Assembly (NCBI RefSeq): GCF_006345805.1
Contig: NC_042997.1
Span: 111,352,001 to 111,416,000, forward strand
From: Octopus sinensis
Taxonomy: Eukaryota
Length of the DNA stretch: 64,000 nucleotides
Direction of reading: 5' to 3'
Below, piece by piece: positions 1-12,560 of this stretch (the first letter of the stretch is position 1; each line of letters begins with the position of its first letter). The notes under the pieces are model-generated. The model was not told where the DNA came from. It made no database searches and was given only the letters and a program-made list of their open reading frames with translations. Both the position numbers and the translations under genes were made by a program.

Positions 1-483
1 GAACGCACAATGAATGAAGATAACACAAAGGAAGTGGGGGGGGGGGGGGCGTTTATTCGTGTGTAACAACCAGGAAATGCGTCCTCACTCACATCCTGCT
101 TGTTTGATAAATTCTCTCCAACTCTTTGCTTTAAGTTGTCCCATTTCTAGTGCATTCGACTTCCAGATGGTTCATTGACTGCGCATGTTCTCTGGTATTA
201 TTTGCATCAGATGACAGCGACGTGGTGACTGTTAACGTTGTCGTTATGACACAAGGAGAGACAAAACAAACGGGAGAATGGTGGTGGCTGGCTTTGTTCT
301 CAATGGACGCCATGCACCAAGTGTCTTTTTTTTTGTATTTTTTTGCCAACATAAGCCACTACCACTTACACCTCCACAACGACTGATACCACCACCACCA
401 CCATTCTTATAATTTGCAAAAGAAAAGAGAGCTTACAAGTAACACAAATTAGGTTTTCCTTCCATCCACTGACACATACAGGT

Positions 484-532
484 ATGTGTGTATGTGTATG
501 TAGGTGTGTATATATATATATACATACATACA

Positions 533-563
<31 letters not shown>

Positions 564-578
564 GTATATACATACACA
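484..578. repeat. Compound (TG)/(TA)/(TACA)n microsatellite
   Basis: Directly visible simple repeats. Confidence 0.95.
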
Positions 579-1028
579 CAGGTGCATGTTTCGAGACATA
601 TATAAAATAGTAAGCAGGTATGTCAGTATACACACGTACCCATACAGGTGCATCTTAAAAAATTAGAATAGTTTGTAAAACTTGTCTATTTATAATCAGT
701 CAAGTGAGACGGTCAACATTTTCCACGAATGTATTTTCAATTCACTAAATTCTAATGAAATCGTATTAGAACTCGGCAGCCCACAAAAACAAACCTGTAA
801 GTTTACCTGTTTGAAGTCTAGTATCCAGTTCTCTTACGTGTAGTGAATGGTTTAAAGTGCCAAGTCATACACAGGTGTCGGACCATTGTATCTCTTTGGG
901 ATCATAGTCAAAGAAACGGCCACGTTTCCGTCAACTGACAGCCTCTTTGGTGCTAAATCTATCTTGAATTTTTGTTCCAGTGCCCAAATAACCTTTGATT
1001 GACTAAACTTTACAACATCATATTCCCC

Positions 1029-1070
1029 TGGTCAAGTAACTCACCTGACCTAAATCCCATAGAGAATTTA
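1029..1070 (+). pseudogene. Tiny Tc1-like (DD34E) transposase remnant
   Basis: Translates as WSSNSPDLNPIENL, matching the WPxNSPDLNPIENLW third catalytic motif; flanks not recognisable. Confidence 0.65.
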
Positions 1071-1769
1071 TATCCTAGATTCTATGGGATACAGTTAACA
1101 AGACCACCCAGCGTCCTTTCTAGCGATCGCGAGCTCAGTGCTGTCTTAAAGCCGGGCCCAGTTCCGATCTATGTTGTGGTTTGCTATCAATAAAAATAGA
1201 GGGCCCAGATCTCTTCAGTTTGGCTCATAGATTTTTTGATTATTTTTTTAACTTAGCAGTTTGAAACTTTGTCTACTGGAATTTCTCACTCTGACGTCTG
1301 TTTACTTTCAATATTTTTGACAAAATTTCGTATTTTAGAAGTTATTTTTGTGTTAAATTTGTTGTATTTGGGTAATTTTAACCGATGAACAATGTGTATT
1401 AAACTGAAGAAACCTACTGCTGAAAATAACGTAACCAAGTCGAGTAATTTTACATTATTATCATCTGTAAAAAAAAGAAGAAAAAAAGAAAAAGAAAAGA
1501 AAAAAATGGAAAGCATTTTGTTTAAAGAATCGACTGCTGCCTGTCCGTTGGTGATCGGCTGTCGTCTGGTTATTTCTACAAATGTCTGCAAAACAAACAA
1601 ATGAGTGTTTGCGGAATCAAATAATATATTGAAGCGCTCCAACATCAACCAGAATATATTCTTTATGTTTTTGACCCAAATAATTGATGTATTGTCTCTG
1701 AAGGAAACATGGCCATCACTGGCGAACGAGTTTTGAAAGAGTGTTACCTTAGTATTGTTAATTGCTTAA

Positions 1770-1962
1770 CCTGTTGGCATTTAAACTGACAACATCCGAC
1801 CTAAATATTCTGTTTATGTTCAGACCAACCACATCCGGTGTCTCACACCTATTCTACAAAGCCATTCTAAAACTAAACATTGAAACCCCGAAGCTATGAG
1901 ATAAAGCATGACTAATTCCAAACAATATGAATAAATAAGCATCACATTTGAATGCTAAAGGG
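1770..1962. mobile_element. piggyBac-like MITE
   Basis: TTAA|CCTGTTGGCATT ... AATGCTAAAGGG|TTAT: degenerate TIRs and TTAA-like target; related partial copy at about 57722-57880. Confidence 0.6.
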
Positions 1963-2189
1963 TTATGGTTCAGTGTGGACGTGAGGAGATAGACACACTC
2001 TCGCCCATTACATCCTTGGGCCAGTGGAGCATCGACGATCTGACAGCGAGGACCTCCCTACTTCCACGCACTTAATGACACAACTACTATAAATTACTGC
2101 ACAAAAGATTTTCAATAAGAATGGGCCATCATTCTCAACACAAACTTTGGAGTCTTATTCCAACTCGTCGTAGTTGTGTAATTATGTAG

Positions 2190-2430
2190 CAACTGGATTT
2201 GAGCGTGGTCGTTGCCAATACCACCTGACTGGCCCTCGTGCCAGTGGCACGTAAAAGCACCCACTACACTCTCAGAGTGGTTGGCATTAGGAAGGGCATC
2301 CAGCTGTAGAAACTCTGCCAGATCAAGATTGGAGTCTGGTGCAGCCATCTGGTTTGCCAGTCCTCAGCCAAACCGTCCAACCCATGCTAGCATGGAAAGT
2401 GGACGTTAAACAATGATGATGATGATGATG
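2190..2430 (+). mobile_element. RTE LINE 3' UTR fragment with (GAT)n tail
   Basis: Matches the 3' end of the RTE at 54700-54888 (ggcacgtaaaagcacccactacac...ggacgttaaa(tga)n). Confidence 0.9.
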
Positions 2431-2555
2431 AATAAAATCTGTATCGAAGCCCACAGCTATTTAATGTCGTGCCAAAACATCTGAGAGAGCCACATAGAGT
2501 AGGGGTAGATGTGTTCAAGAAACAGCGTGACTTCCTGCTGTCCAAGACCCCAGAT

Positions 2556-2827
2556 CAGTGATTCTCAACCATTTTTATTCTATAGACCCCGTTTGATTCC
2601 TATTTTATTCGGATGGACCCCGGTAGCCATTTGATGTTTAAAAAGTCCTATTTTTGAATTAAATATTATGAGGAAATGTATTTAAAAAAATTTAATATTT
2701 TGTGTATTGTAGAAAGTAACCAATTTATTAGAAATAAATTTTAGCAACAAAATCTTATGTGGACCCCCAAGGACCATGTGGAGCCTTGTACCCCGAAGGT
2801 CATATGGATCCCAGTTAAGAATGACTG
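2556..2827. mobile_element. hAT (Charlie-like) MITE
   Basis: TIRs CAGTGATTCTCAAC / GTTAAGAATGACTG, CCCAGAT repeated in both flanks; second copy at 16731-16963. Confidence 0.75.
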
Positions 2828-3100
2828 GTCCCAGATGAACCTACAGCACAGTAAGAAACTAGAAAGAAGGAGGTGATACCGAACTCCCTTCTTCATCAAA
2901 AGCTAATCACCAAAGAATGGCCACTGGAAAGGAGACAATATTAGCAGTGCCCCAGCATGGTCACAGCATTTGCACTGAAATGCATAAAAGAATAAAAGAA
3001 TGCAAGAATAAATATAGACTCTCGTTCGCCTGTCCATTTCAGGCAAATCCAGAAATCATCTCACTGGTTATGTATGTATCAACCATTATTTTGTTCATTG

Positions 3101-3468
3101 TGGGGGCACAATGGCCTAGTAGTTAGAGCTGTGGACTTGCTGTCATAGGATCACGGTTTCAATTCCCAGACTGGTCGTTGTCTTGGAAAACGCCTAAAGC
3201 TCCACGAGGCTCCAACAGGGAGTGGTGGCGAACCCTGCTGTACTCTTTCACCACAAGTTTCTTGCACACTTTCTTCCTGTTTCTGCCGTACTGTATTTCA
3301 AAGGGGCCAGCCTTGTCACATTCTGTGTCACGCTGAATCTCGTCGAGAACAACGTTAAGGGTACACGTGTCTGTGGAGTGCTCAGCCACTTGCACATTAA
3401 TTTCCTGAGCAGACAGTTCCATTGATCGGATCAACTGGAACCCTTGTCATCGTAACCAACAGAGTATC
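3101..3468 (+). mobile_element. tRNA-derived SINE, family R (body1 + tail alpha)
   Basis: A-box TGGCCTAGTAG, B-box-like GGTTTCAATTCC; homologous to 50425-50778. Confidence 0.85.
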
Positions 3469-3574
3469 CCGATTTTGTTCATTGTCTAGTTGTTAAGATT
3501 TCTGGTTTTTATCCAAATGAGCTGGGTTCAATTGCCAGCCTGGAAATGCATCATCTTTGGGGCAGAATTGTTTG

Positions 3575-4046
3575 TGTGTCAGGCAAAATACTAAGTGGCA
3601 TTTCTTCCAGATCTTTACATTCTAAGTTCAAATTCCGCTGTTGTCAACTTTGTCTTTCATCTTTCCGGTGTCGATAAAATAAGTACCAGTTAAGTACTGG
3701 GGGAGGGGGTGTCGATATAATCAACTATCTCTCCCTTAAAATTACTGGCTTTGAGCCAAAATTTGAAACCATTATTATGCTAATTATACTTGTCTCACGA
3801 GGCAAGTGTAATAGTAACGAAATACGTATTTCTAAGGTGACGAGCTGGCAGAAAGGTTAGCATGCCAGGCGAAAGACTTAGCAGTATTTCATCTGTCTTT
3901 ACATTCTGAGTTCAAATTCAGCCGAGGTCAACTTTGCCTTTCATCCTTTCAGGATCGATAAATTAAGTACCAGTTGCATACTGAGGATCAATCTAATCAA
4001 CTGGCCCCCTCCCCAAAATTTTGTGCCTTGTGCCTAGAGTAGAAAA
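3575..4046 (+). mobile_element. Two tRNA-derived SINE family B copies (about 3575-3770 and 3835-4046)
   Basis: gagctggcagaa...ttctgagttcaaattc...gccttcatcctttc...aagtaccag consensus shared with many copies. Confidence 0.85.
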
Positions 4047-4236
4047 TACATACCTATTTCTACGCATTGTGGTCTTCTCGTAAAGGGGGAGATAAGCTTC
4101 GATAACAAAAGGCAACAGCGATCATCATATTCACGATCGAATTCACCATATTGGAAATGAATATAAGATACGTTATTGTTAAGATTATCACTGTTTCTGT
4201 GTACATCTCAGGAATTATTATTAGTTTGATTTACCT

Positions 4237-4360
4237 CTGTAGAAACTCTGCCAGATCAAGATTGGAACCTGGTGCAACCATCTGGCTCGCCAGTCCTCAG
4301 TCAAACCGTCCAGCCCATGCCAGCATGGAAAGCAGACGTTAAACGATGATGATGATGATG
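4237..4360 (+). mobile_element. RTE LINE 3' tail fragment
   Basis: ctgtagaaactctgccagatc...gacgttaaac(gat)n. Confidence 0.85.
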
Positions 4361-4374
4361 ACACACACACATAT

Positions 4375-4538
4375 GATAGGCTTCTTTCAGTTTCCGTCAA
4401 CCAAATCCACTCACAAAGCTTTGGTTGGCCTGAGACTATTGTAAATGGTACTTGTCCAAGGTGCTATGTAATGAGACTGAACTCAAAACCATGTGGCTGG
4501 GAAGCAAACGTCTTACCACATAGGCACACCTGCACCTA
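4375..4538 (-). mobile_element. SINE family A, head half
   Basis: Reverse complement of the 5' half of 6741-7130. Confidence 0.85.
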
Positions 4539-4848
4539 TGCAGCTACGCCTGCGCCTGCACAGCCACGCCTGCGCCTGCACAGCCACGCCTGCGCCTGCA
4601 CAGCCACGCCTGCGCCTGCACAGCCACGCCTGCGCCTGCATAGCCACGCCTGCATAGCCACGCCTGCATAGCCACGCCTGCATAGCCACGCCTGCATAGC
4701 CACGCCTGCATAGCCACGCCTACATAGCCACGCCTGCACCTGCACAGCCATGCCTGCGCCTGTGCCTGCACAGCCACGCCTACGCCAACACAGCCACGCC
4801 TGCGCCAGCACAGCCACGCCTGCGCCAGCACAGCCACGCCTGCGCCTG
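4539..4848. repeat. GC-rich minisatellite (20-mer GCACAGCCACGCCTGCGCCT and 14-mer GCATAGCCACGCCT)
   Basis: Tandem units visible; unit equals the extreme 5' end of SINE A. Confidence 0.95.
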
Positions 4849-5399
4849 TTCATATCTCCCTCATTCGATGCCTTCTTATTGGTAAACTTTCAATGTCTCA
4901 CGTGACGGGTGTAAAAGTAAACAATACTAAACGATGCTTTGGTAAGTAATTTCCCCGAAGACGTTCCTTGTAAAGAATGTGAAGACGTTGCAGATATGTA
5001 CCGGCCTCATTTCATGCCTGGTTTCACATAGTGTTCCAAATATGGCCCAGAAAATACGGAGATGTTACTGACTAGCAGCCTGCCTGGGACATCATGAATT
5101 AAGTTCGCAATATGGCGATCAGTTTTAGCTTTATAAATTTAGTAGCCTCGGGGTGACAGCTTTTTTATTATTGGCGGGATGGGGTACGACTGGGGGGAAA
5201 CGCTAGTGATTATAGGGTACATTTAGATTTGGTGATATTGTGAGGGTAACACATGCACACGCACACGCACACACACACACTGAAAGAAAATATAACATCC
5301 TAAGTTGCTTTGAGTGATGTATACATATTTATATATTCATTGCTTGCTTACTTTCAAGTATGTATATATGTGTGTGTATACACACATACAAACACACAC

Positions 5400-5860
5400 A
5401 CACACATGACGATTCTTATGATAAAAATGATGTCATCAATTGCAATAGAGTGAATGTGTGTGAGTATGCGTGTGTGTATGTGTGCGCGTGTGTGTGTGAA
5501 TGCGCGCGTGCGTGTGGTGGTGCCATATAAATTAACAATTTATACTTGTCAGCAACAATTTGTAACCAGTCAACCGATATACATATATATATATATATAT
5601 ATACATACACACACACACACATATATATATATATGCATGTACATGCACACACACATATGTATATGTGTATATGTATATATATGTATATGTATGTATGTGT
5701 GTCTATATATATATATATATAAGTACATATATATATATATGTATATATACACACACACACAGATACATACGTACACATGTACGTGTAAGTATGTGTGTGT
5801 ATATATAATTACATATATGTATTTATGTTTATGCATATATCTTTGAGTGTGTGTGTATTT
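5400..5860. repeat. Compound (TG)/(TA)/(CA)n microsatellite region
   Basis: Directly visible. Confidence 0.9.
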
Positions 5861-6519
5861 CTTTTTCTAGTTCACATATTTTAAGAGCAAAACCTGCTGT
5901 TTAGACGCAAAAAACCTACTCCATTTTATTAAAACCACTGATCCGGTAAAAAAAAAAGAAACAAAAAAGAAAGAAAGAAAGAAAACGTGGTGCAAACCGG
6001 TATTTTGTGTCTGTTTCTGCATCTGTGGTTGCTTCGGGGTCTCTGGAGTGCTATTAGGACCCACCCCGAATGGCCAAGCAGCTCCTCAATCGCTACGACC
6101 TCGACCTCTGAATCAGATCATCGCAGCAAGCTTTGCTTCCTTCCTTGTTGTTATCGATTTGCAGGAGAGCAGAGCCTCACTGGCTACATTTTCTCGTTCA
6201 ACTGTGAACACAATGTACGGCGATCGATAATTTTAACTGTACCACACCGTATTTTACTCCACTCAGCAACGTAATTATTTCTTGGAAAAATGAACGATGA
6301 ATATTCACCGATCATAAACAAAAAAATTGTACAAGAAATATGGTTAAATGTATAAAAGTATATAGAATAGACTCTACACATCTCGGAACAAATAACGACT
6401 TTCGTCAATTAACTAAACTACGGTGTGTGTATTAAGGCATGTACTTAGATTATATGCGTTCAACACACAAATATAAATATGTGTATATATGTGAGTGTGT
6501 GTGTATGTATGCCTTTATG

Positions 6520-6720
6520 CTTTTACTTGCTTATATTATAGCCATGCTAGGGCAGCCCCTTGAAGAATTTTAGTTGAACGAATCGAGCCCACTGCTTTTA
6601 TTTTTTTTTTCAAATCCTTGTACTTATTCTATCCGTCTCTTCGGCCGAACTGCTAGCTTACGGGGATGTAAATACAACAACACCGGTTATCAAGCGAAGG
6701 TGTCAGGACAAACACCCACA
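6520..6720 (-). mobile_element. SINE family A, tail half, diverged
   Basis: Inverted match to 6960-7130. Confidence 0.7.
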
Positions 6721-6740
6721 TAAAAAATAGGTGAACACAC

Positions 6741-7130
6741 AGGCGCAGGAGTGGCTGTGTGGTAAGTAGCTTGATTACCAACCACATGGTTCCGGGCCCA
6801 GTCCTACTGCATGACACCTTGGGCAAGTGTCTACTACTATAGCCTCGGGCCGACCAAAGCCTTGTGAGTTGATTTGGTAGACGGAAACTGAAAGAAGCCC
6901 GTCGTATATATATATGTATACGTTTGTGTCTGTGTCTGTGTCTGTCCTCCATAACATCGTTTGACAACCGATGCTAGTGTTTACGTCCCTGTAACTTAGC
7001 AGTTCGGCAAAAGAGACCGATAGAATAAGTACTAGGCTTACAAAGAATAAGTCCTGGGGTCGATTTACTCGACTAAAGGCAGTGCTCCAGCATGGCCACA
7101 GTCAAATGACTGAAACAAATAAAAACAAAA
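6741..7130 (+). mobile_element. Full-length tRNA-derived SINE family A
   Basis: GGCGCAGGAGTGGCTGTGTGG head, internal (TA)/(TG) tract, tail ...aaatgactgaaacaa + A-rich end; many copies in the window. Confidence 0.92.
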
Positions 7131-7439
7131 AAGAACACACAGAAAAGAAGGCACCGTGATACCTACCAAACAATTTTAAACTCATTTCTCTTATAATAGG
7201 CGAAATATTTCATTAGATGCAAGACACATAACTGTTTTCCTACTTAAATTAATTTCATGTTTCAGTAACGATGTCACCATGTATGAAATTTTTCATACAT
7301 AGTGACATTTTACGAGTGATGTAAGAAAGGAAAAAAGTTTTCAAAAAATTGCAGAAAAGGCACCAATTTTGGAAAATGTGTTCAGGACGGTAGCATCACT
7401 TGCTCTGGTCCCCTGTTAGTTACGCTTCTGGGTCTATAT

Positions 7440-7622
7440 AAGTGTGTGTGTATGTAAGTATGTATGTATATATGTGTGTATGTATGTATGTATGTATGTA
7501 TGTATGTATGTATGTATATATATATATACACATATATATATGTGTGTGTGTGTGTATATATATATGTATATATATGTATATATATATATATAATATATAT
7601 ATATAATATATATATATATAAT

Positions 7623-7692
<70 letters not shown>

Positions 7693-7700
7693 ATATATAA
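7440..7700. repeat. (TATG)n/(TA)n microsatellite
   Basis: Directly visible. Confidence 0.95.
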
Positions 7701-8503
7701 TGGAATAAAAACGCAATGGAGGAGACTAAAACAACCGGACAGATAGACGATACAAAGGCGGACAGGAAAAACAACAATCAGAAGGACAGGGATAAAAGGA
7801 CAGGTCATTCATGGCCTTCTTTCGTCAGTCAAGTTACCAGATGTCCTTACAGTTTCGGGTAGTTACACTTGAGACTGTTCAATCTGGTTTCTTCATCCCA
7901 CACCACCCCCAAAAGTCTAAGCTAAGAGCATTAGATTTTTTTGTAAGAAAGCTAGCGAATGTGTTCTACAACAAAGACAAAAACACAGAGAACATAGTAC
8001 GCAATTACAAATACAAACAACAAGAATATAACAACAGGTGTCTTTCGACTGAGGATGAATCAAACTGAACTGGCATGTTTATAAAGGCAGAAGGAAGTCT
8101 CCCTTCAACTCAGTCGCACTCCTGTGTTTCGGTTATATTTTGTGTGTTTTACCTCATAAAGGTCAACAATTGCCTACTCTGAGTAAATACTGACAGACTG
8201 TGCCTGATATAAGTAAGTTTATCTTATGTATATATTTATATATATTGTTGTATTTCGGGATGGTCATTTTGTTTTTTGCCAAATAAACACAAGCACTATA
8301 TATTTGTTCTTCTCGTTTATTACTCTTCTTCTTTTTTATAATTTCAATTCATGTCCATTGTTCGGAAATTAGTCATCACACATCTGTGACCTCTTCAGTG
8401 ACACTCTTCATTTTCATGTGTGTTCTCGCTCCAATTACTCCATTTTCAGTATATCGCTGGCAGAAGCTGATCTTAGCTATCACTCCCTTGCACAGATGCA
8501 CCC

Positions 8504-8544
8504 GGCTGATGAAGAACCAGCTAGCTCGAAACTGGGTCAGTCCC
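8504..8544 (+). ncRNA. Minimal type-I hammerhead ribozyme motif
   Basis: GG-CTGATGA(8506)-AGAACCAGCTAGCTC-GAAA-CTG-GGT-CAG-TC|CC: core intact, stem III CTG/CAG, GUC site; stems I and II short or imperfect. Confidence 0.7.
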
Positions 8545-8729
8545 ACAATCCTGTTAGCTGAAGGAGGTTAGTAGGGTTTCAATCCCCCTGCTAGCGATAT
8601 ATTGTATATAAGGGTGCAGAACATTGCACCGAAAACCAGCTGGTGGAGAATCTGCCTGGGGTTAAACTAGTAGTAACATTCACCGGCCACTTTGATGTGG
8701 CGATTCACTTTACTGTTTAGTATACGTGC

Positions 8730-8984
8730 TGCTGGTCTGGCTCCTGTGCAGGTGGTACATAAAAAACACCATTTGAGTGTGGTCGTTGCCAGTAGCACCT
8801 GACTGGCCGTCATGCCGGTGGCACGTAAAAGCACCCACTACACTTTTGGAGTGGTTGGCGTTAGGAAGGGCATCCAGCTGTAGAATCTCTGCCAGATCAG
8901 ATTGGAGCCTGGTGCGGCTTTCTGGTTCACCAGACCTCAGTCGAATCATCCAACCCATGCTACCGTGGAAAGCGGACGTTAAAC

Positions 8985-9014
<30 letters not shown>
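8730..9014 (+). mobile_element. RTE LINE 3' UTR fragment with (GAT)n tail, followed by partial SINE B to about 9120
   Basis: Similarity to 54620-54888. Confidence 0.9.
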
Positions 9015-9015
<1 letters not shown>

Positions 9016-9214
9016 TTCTGAGTTCAAATTCTGCAGAGGTCGACTTTGCCTTTCATCCTGTCGGGGTTGATAAATTAAGTACCAGTTGTGTACAGGGGTT
9101 GATCTAGAGTAGAAAAGAATATAATCTCCGTATTGTTGCTGATGTTGCTGTCAGAATGCAATTTTGTTATACAAATTTATGATACAATGCAGAATAATGT
9201 TTAATTGTAAAAAT

Positions 9215-9445
9215 ATAATAGAATTACGAAGATGTACTTGCATAGCAAGTGACCTAATCTGAGATCATGTGCTGGAAAGAAAACAATTGCAGCATGGAAG
9301 GTATTTTTAAGCCATTTAAGAAACACACAAAAACCGTTAGATTCACTTCAACATTTAAATTTAATTTGCCAAAATATTTTCATCACTTTGAGACCGCGAC
9401 CCGTTCACTGATAAAATTCCAATGCAGCACGGAATTTTATGATAG
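9215..9445. mobile_element. Half copy of a palindromic TA-flanked element
   Basis: Same family as the 26052-26390 inverted repeat (gatgtacttgcatagcaa...ttcacttcaacattt). Confidence 0.7.
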
Positions 9446-9780
9446 AATATTTTTTTATAAACATTGAATGGGTGTGAATGTGCAGTGGGGGTAAAATGGG
9501 AATGAAAGGGGTCCAGAGGTAAAAAAAAAAAAAAGAATGGTTGAGAACTACTGAGAAATAGAAAAGATTTTAGTCGTCAAAATGGTGTTGCCTTTAAATT
9601 TGTATATATCTCTGTGTGTATTGTGTGCGCATGTGTACGTGCGTGAGAGAGAGAGAGAAGAGAGAGGGAGAGAGGGGAGAGAGAGAGAGAGTGAGTGTGT
9701 TTGTATACATAAAAATAGCATTTACCAGTTTGTATATACTCTGGTAATTGTTTATATACATGTATACCTACACAAATCCA

Positions 9781-9824
<44 letters not shown>

Positions 9825-10139
9825 ACTTGTCTTATCTCAAAATAATCTGCCAGGACGTTGAACTGCGCTAATTATTTTATTTTGATGGCGACAACATCCC
9901 ACTTCTCAGACAGAGTTTTACTCTTTTCTTTTTCTGTTTTCCTTTTCTACCGAATTAAAATTCCAATTCTGTTCAATTAATAATCTTAGAAAATCTACAC
10001 CTTTGGGAAAAATACCCAGTATACAAGAAATCCAAAGTCTGGCGCTACAAAAAAGTAAGTAGGACTTGTTCAAACAATTCCAATGATAAAAAGAAAATAG
10101 GCTCCACCCGGTTTTGTCTTGTTAAATTAAAAGTAAATT

Positions 10140-10595
10140 GCACCAGAAATGACGATAGTGAAATCCAATAACTTCATAAATATTTGCATCGAAAATATCA
10201 CAAGGATAAATAGCATAAAGGGAATTGGATGTTTGTTGCAGTAGAAAGGTGGTGAACTGGCAGAAACGTTAGCGCGCCGGGCGAAATGCTTATTTCGTCT
10301 GTCTTTACGTTCTGAGTTCAAATTCCACCGAAGTCGACTTTGCCTTTCATCCTTTCGGGTTGATAAATTAAGTACCAGTTGCGTACTGGGATCGATGTAA
10401 TCGACTGGGATCGATGTAATCGACTGGCCCCCTCCACCAAAATTTCAGGTCTTGTGCCTAGAGTAGAAAAAGAAAGGGGCACAGGAATATGCAGCCTGAT
10501 TAAGATCCCCGATCGTATGTGCAAAGTATTTTGGCCCATTATAACGCAATGGATATCACCAGGGACGCATTTGATATCCGATCGGTTAGGTTTCT
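10140..10595 (+). pseudogene. Merlin/IS1595 (ISXO2-like) transposase remnant split by a SINE B (10248-10470)
   Basis: HRKYHKDK*HKGNWMFVAVER before the SINE and ERGTGICSLIKIPDR...IITQWISPGTHLISD after it match Merlin motifs RKYHRG..G.WVFG.VER.TG...PDR...I..WI.PGT.IISD. Confidence 0.75.
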
Positions 10596-12160
10596 TATAT
10601 TAGTTTAGGTCAAATATATAGTGGTGAAATTGTGGGCCATTCTTTAAAGCTTGCTGACCAAACGATGATGGTCTTGCTTGGGTGTTCATTGGCTGGTTTG
10701 TGATGGTGACTGGTTGAGTTGATGAATGAAAATGTTTGATGGGCTGCGTGTAGAAGTACCTCAACAACACCAACGAACATTTAACAGAAGATTTTATTAT
10801 TGCACATAAAAACAAACTATGTAGGCCTTTTACAGATAACAATTCTTATGTTCTGGGAGAGAGATACTGCTTGGAATATACGGCAAACCAACTGATCCAG
10901 CAACATGTAACTTGCCCAACATAACTGGAAACAATGGTGCTATATTCATGGCAGTGAAGGTTCTTGGTCATCAGTCTGAGCCATCTGGAGTGTGGCAAGA
11001 ATGGAGACACGTCTCATTCGGTAGCCTCGACATACTGCAATTAATTACCGCCAAAAGCGGTCTTTTATAGGGTATAAAATGAAGATTCTAGAAGATTAAC
11101 ACATGCAATGGCTTAACGCTGACTGGTTGTTTAATAAACTGATCACCGGAAAGTATTGTGGTTTGCTTGTGATGTCTGATTGTGTATCCAGGGATTCACT
11201 TTCAAAACGTCACTACGACTTCCATTCACAGAATATCGAAGAGCATGGATACTGACCAGAAAGAATTTCAGAAGAGAATGTGGAACGAGTGATGCTTTAT
11301 TAACAACGTATCTTTAAGAGCAAAATAGGTTCAGAGGTTGTGAAAAAGTTATATGTATGTCCGATATGCAGACAAATATGTGAGAGGAGTGGGTGAGATA
11401 TTTAATCCTCGTAAACAAGAATTGGTTCAAATTTGGTAAATAATTGGTTTGGAACAAGGATGTTTATTTAGTATTAGAAATATCCTCTTAGATCTGGAGA
11501 TCTGATGAGTTTCAACTTTATTCTCTTATCGTTTCATGTTAAATGAATACAACGAAATTATGTCATCCCAGTAGTTGCACTTCCGGTTTGTATCAATTTA
11601 CTTTAATTTTTTTTTCTTTCTTTTCAGAACACCAAACTGCATGCAAAGCATCTTGGTAGACACGGCGTCTCCAAAAGGCCACGAGATAACAGCATGTGTT
11701 GGACGTTTTTGACAAAGAAAACCAGTAAATAGCATCAAAGGAACTTAGAAACCTCTCTGTACTCTGACATGGAAATAAATGTATAAAACGTGAGAGTAAA
11801 CAACATTTATTGCTCGGATCGTCGGCTTCAATGAGCTTTTATTTGTAGCTGTCTGCTCACATTGCCAGTTTAAACTGCCTTTATCTTTTGTTTGCACTAT
11901 AAAAATATTTTCTACAAATCTTTATCGTCAACATTACTATGGAACATGAGAATTTATGACTGGCCAACTAAACGAATGAATGAATGCAAAAGTCAATGAG
12001 ATACATAAATAAATGTATAAAGAAATGAATTATATCAAATATTATTTGTTAAGAAAAAAAGAACTGTTCGCATTTATCAATTGTGTAACAACCGCGTGAT
12101 GTATTGATAGAGGTGCAATTCAATAAAACGGTTCGAGAAGATACTTGAATGCCATTTATA

Positions 12161-12161
<1 letters not shown>

Positions 12162-12193
<32 letters not shown>

Positions 12194-12197
12194 ACAC

Positions 12198-12229
<32 letters not shown>

Positions 12230-12251
12230 ACACACACACACACACCACACA

Positions 12252-12334
<83 letters not shown>

Positions 12335-12345
12335 TGCATGCACGC
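12162..12345. repeat. (CA)n microsatellite
   Basis: Directly visible. Confidence 0.97.
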
Positions 12346-12399
12346 ACACATTTCCATACACACGAAAGACTGTTAAGAAGAAGCAACGAAAATCCGCCG

Positions 12400-12560
12400 A
12401 AATGACTGTGGCGAAGGAATTCACCTTGCAGCCTCAGGGTTTCAGTTTCAGTCCCACCACACGCGGCACATTGGGCAGATGTTTTCTTCAAAAGCCCTGG
12501 ACTAGCCTATGACTTGTGAGTGAATCTGGTGAACGGAAACTGTGTGGAAGCCCATCGAGT
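12400..12560 (+). mobile_element. Old SINE family A head half
   Basis: Diverged match (cttgtgagtgaatctggtgaacggaaactg). Confidence 0.7.

Noticed and set aside
131-352. Possible terminal coding exon on the minus strand
   Set aside because: No recognisable domain and no convincing splice acceptor in frame
1054-1090. 10-bp inverted repeat ATCCCATAGA/TCTATGGGAT
   Set aside because: Short; probably a breakpoint artefact at the end of the Tc1 remnant
1286-1506. Minus-strand acceptor (AG at 1466-1465 after a long pyrimidine tract) and ORF
   Set aside because: No donor or protein similarity identified; insufficient support
4536-4853. Repetitive ORFs (AQAWLCRRRRG) and a CRISPR-like look
   Set aside because: Pure tandem minisatellite with no unique spacers and no cas genes; eukaryotic context
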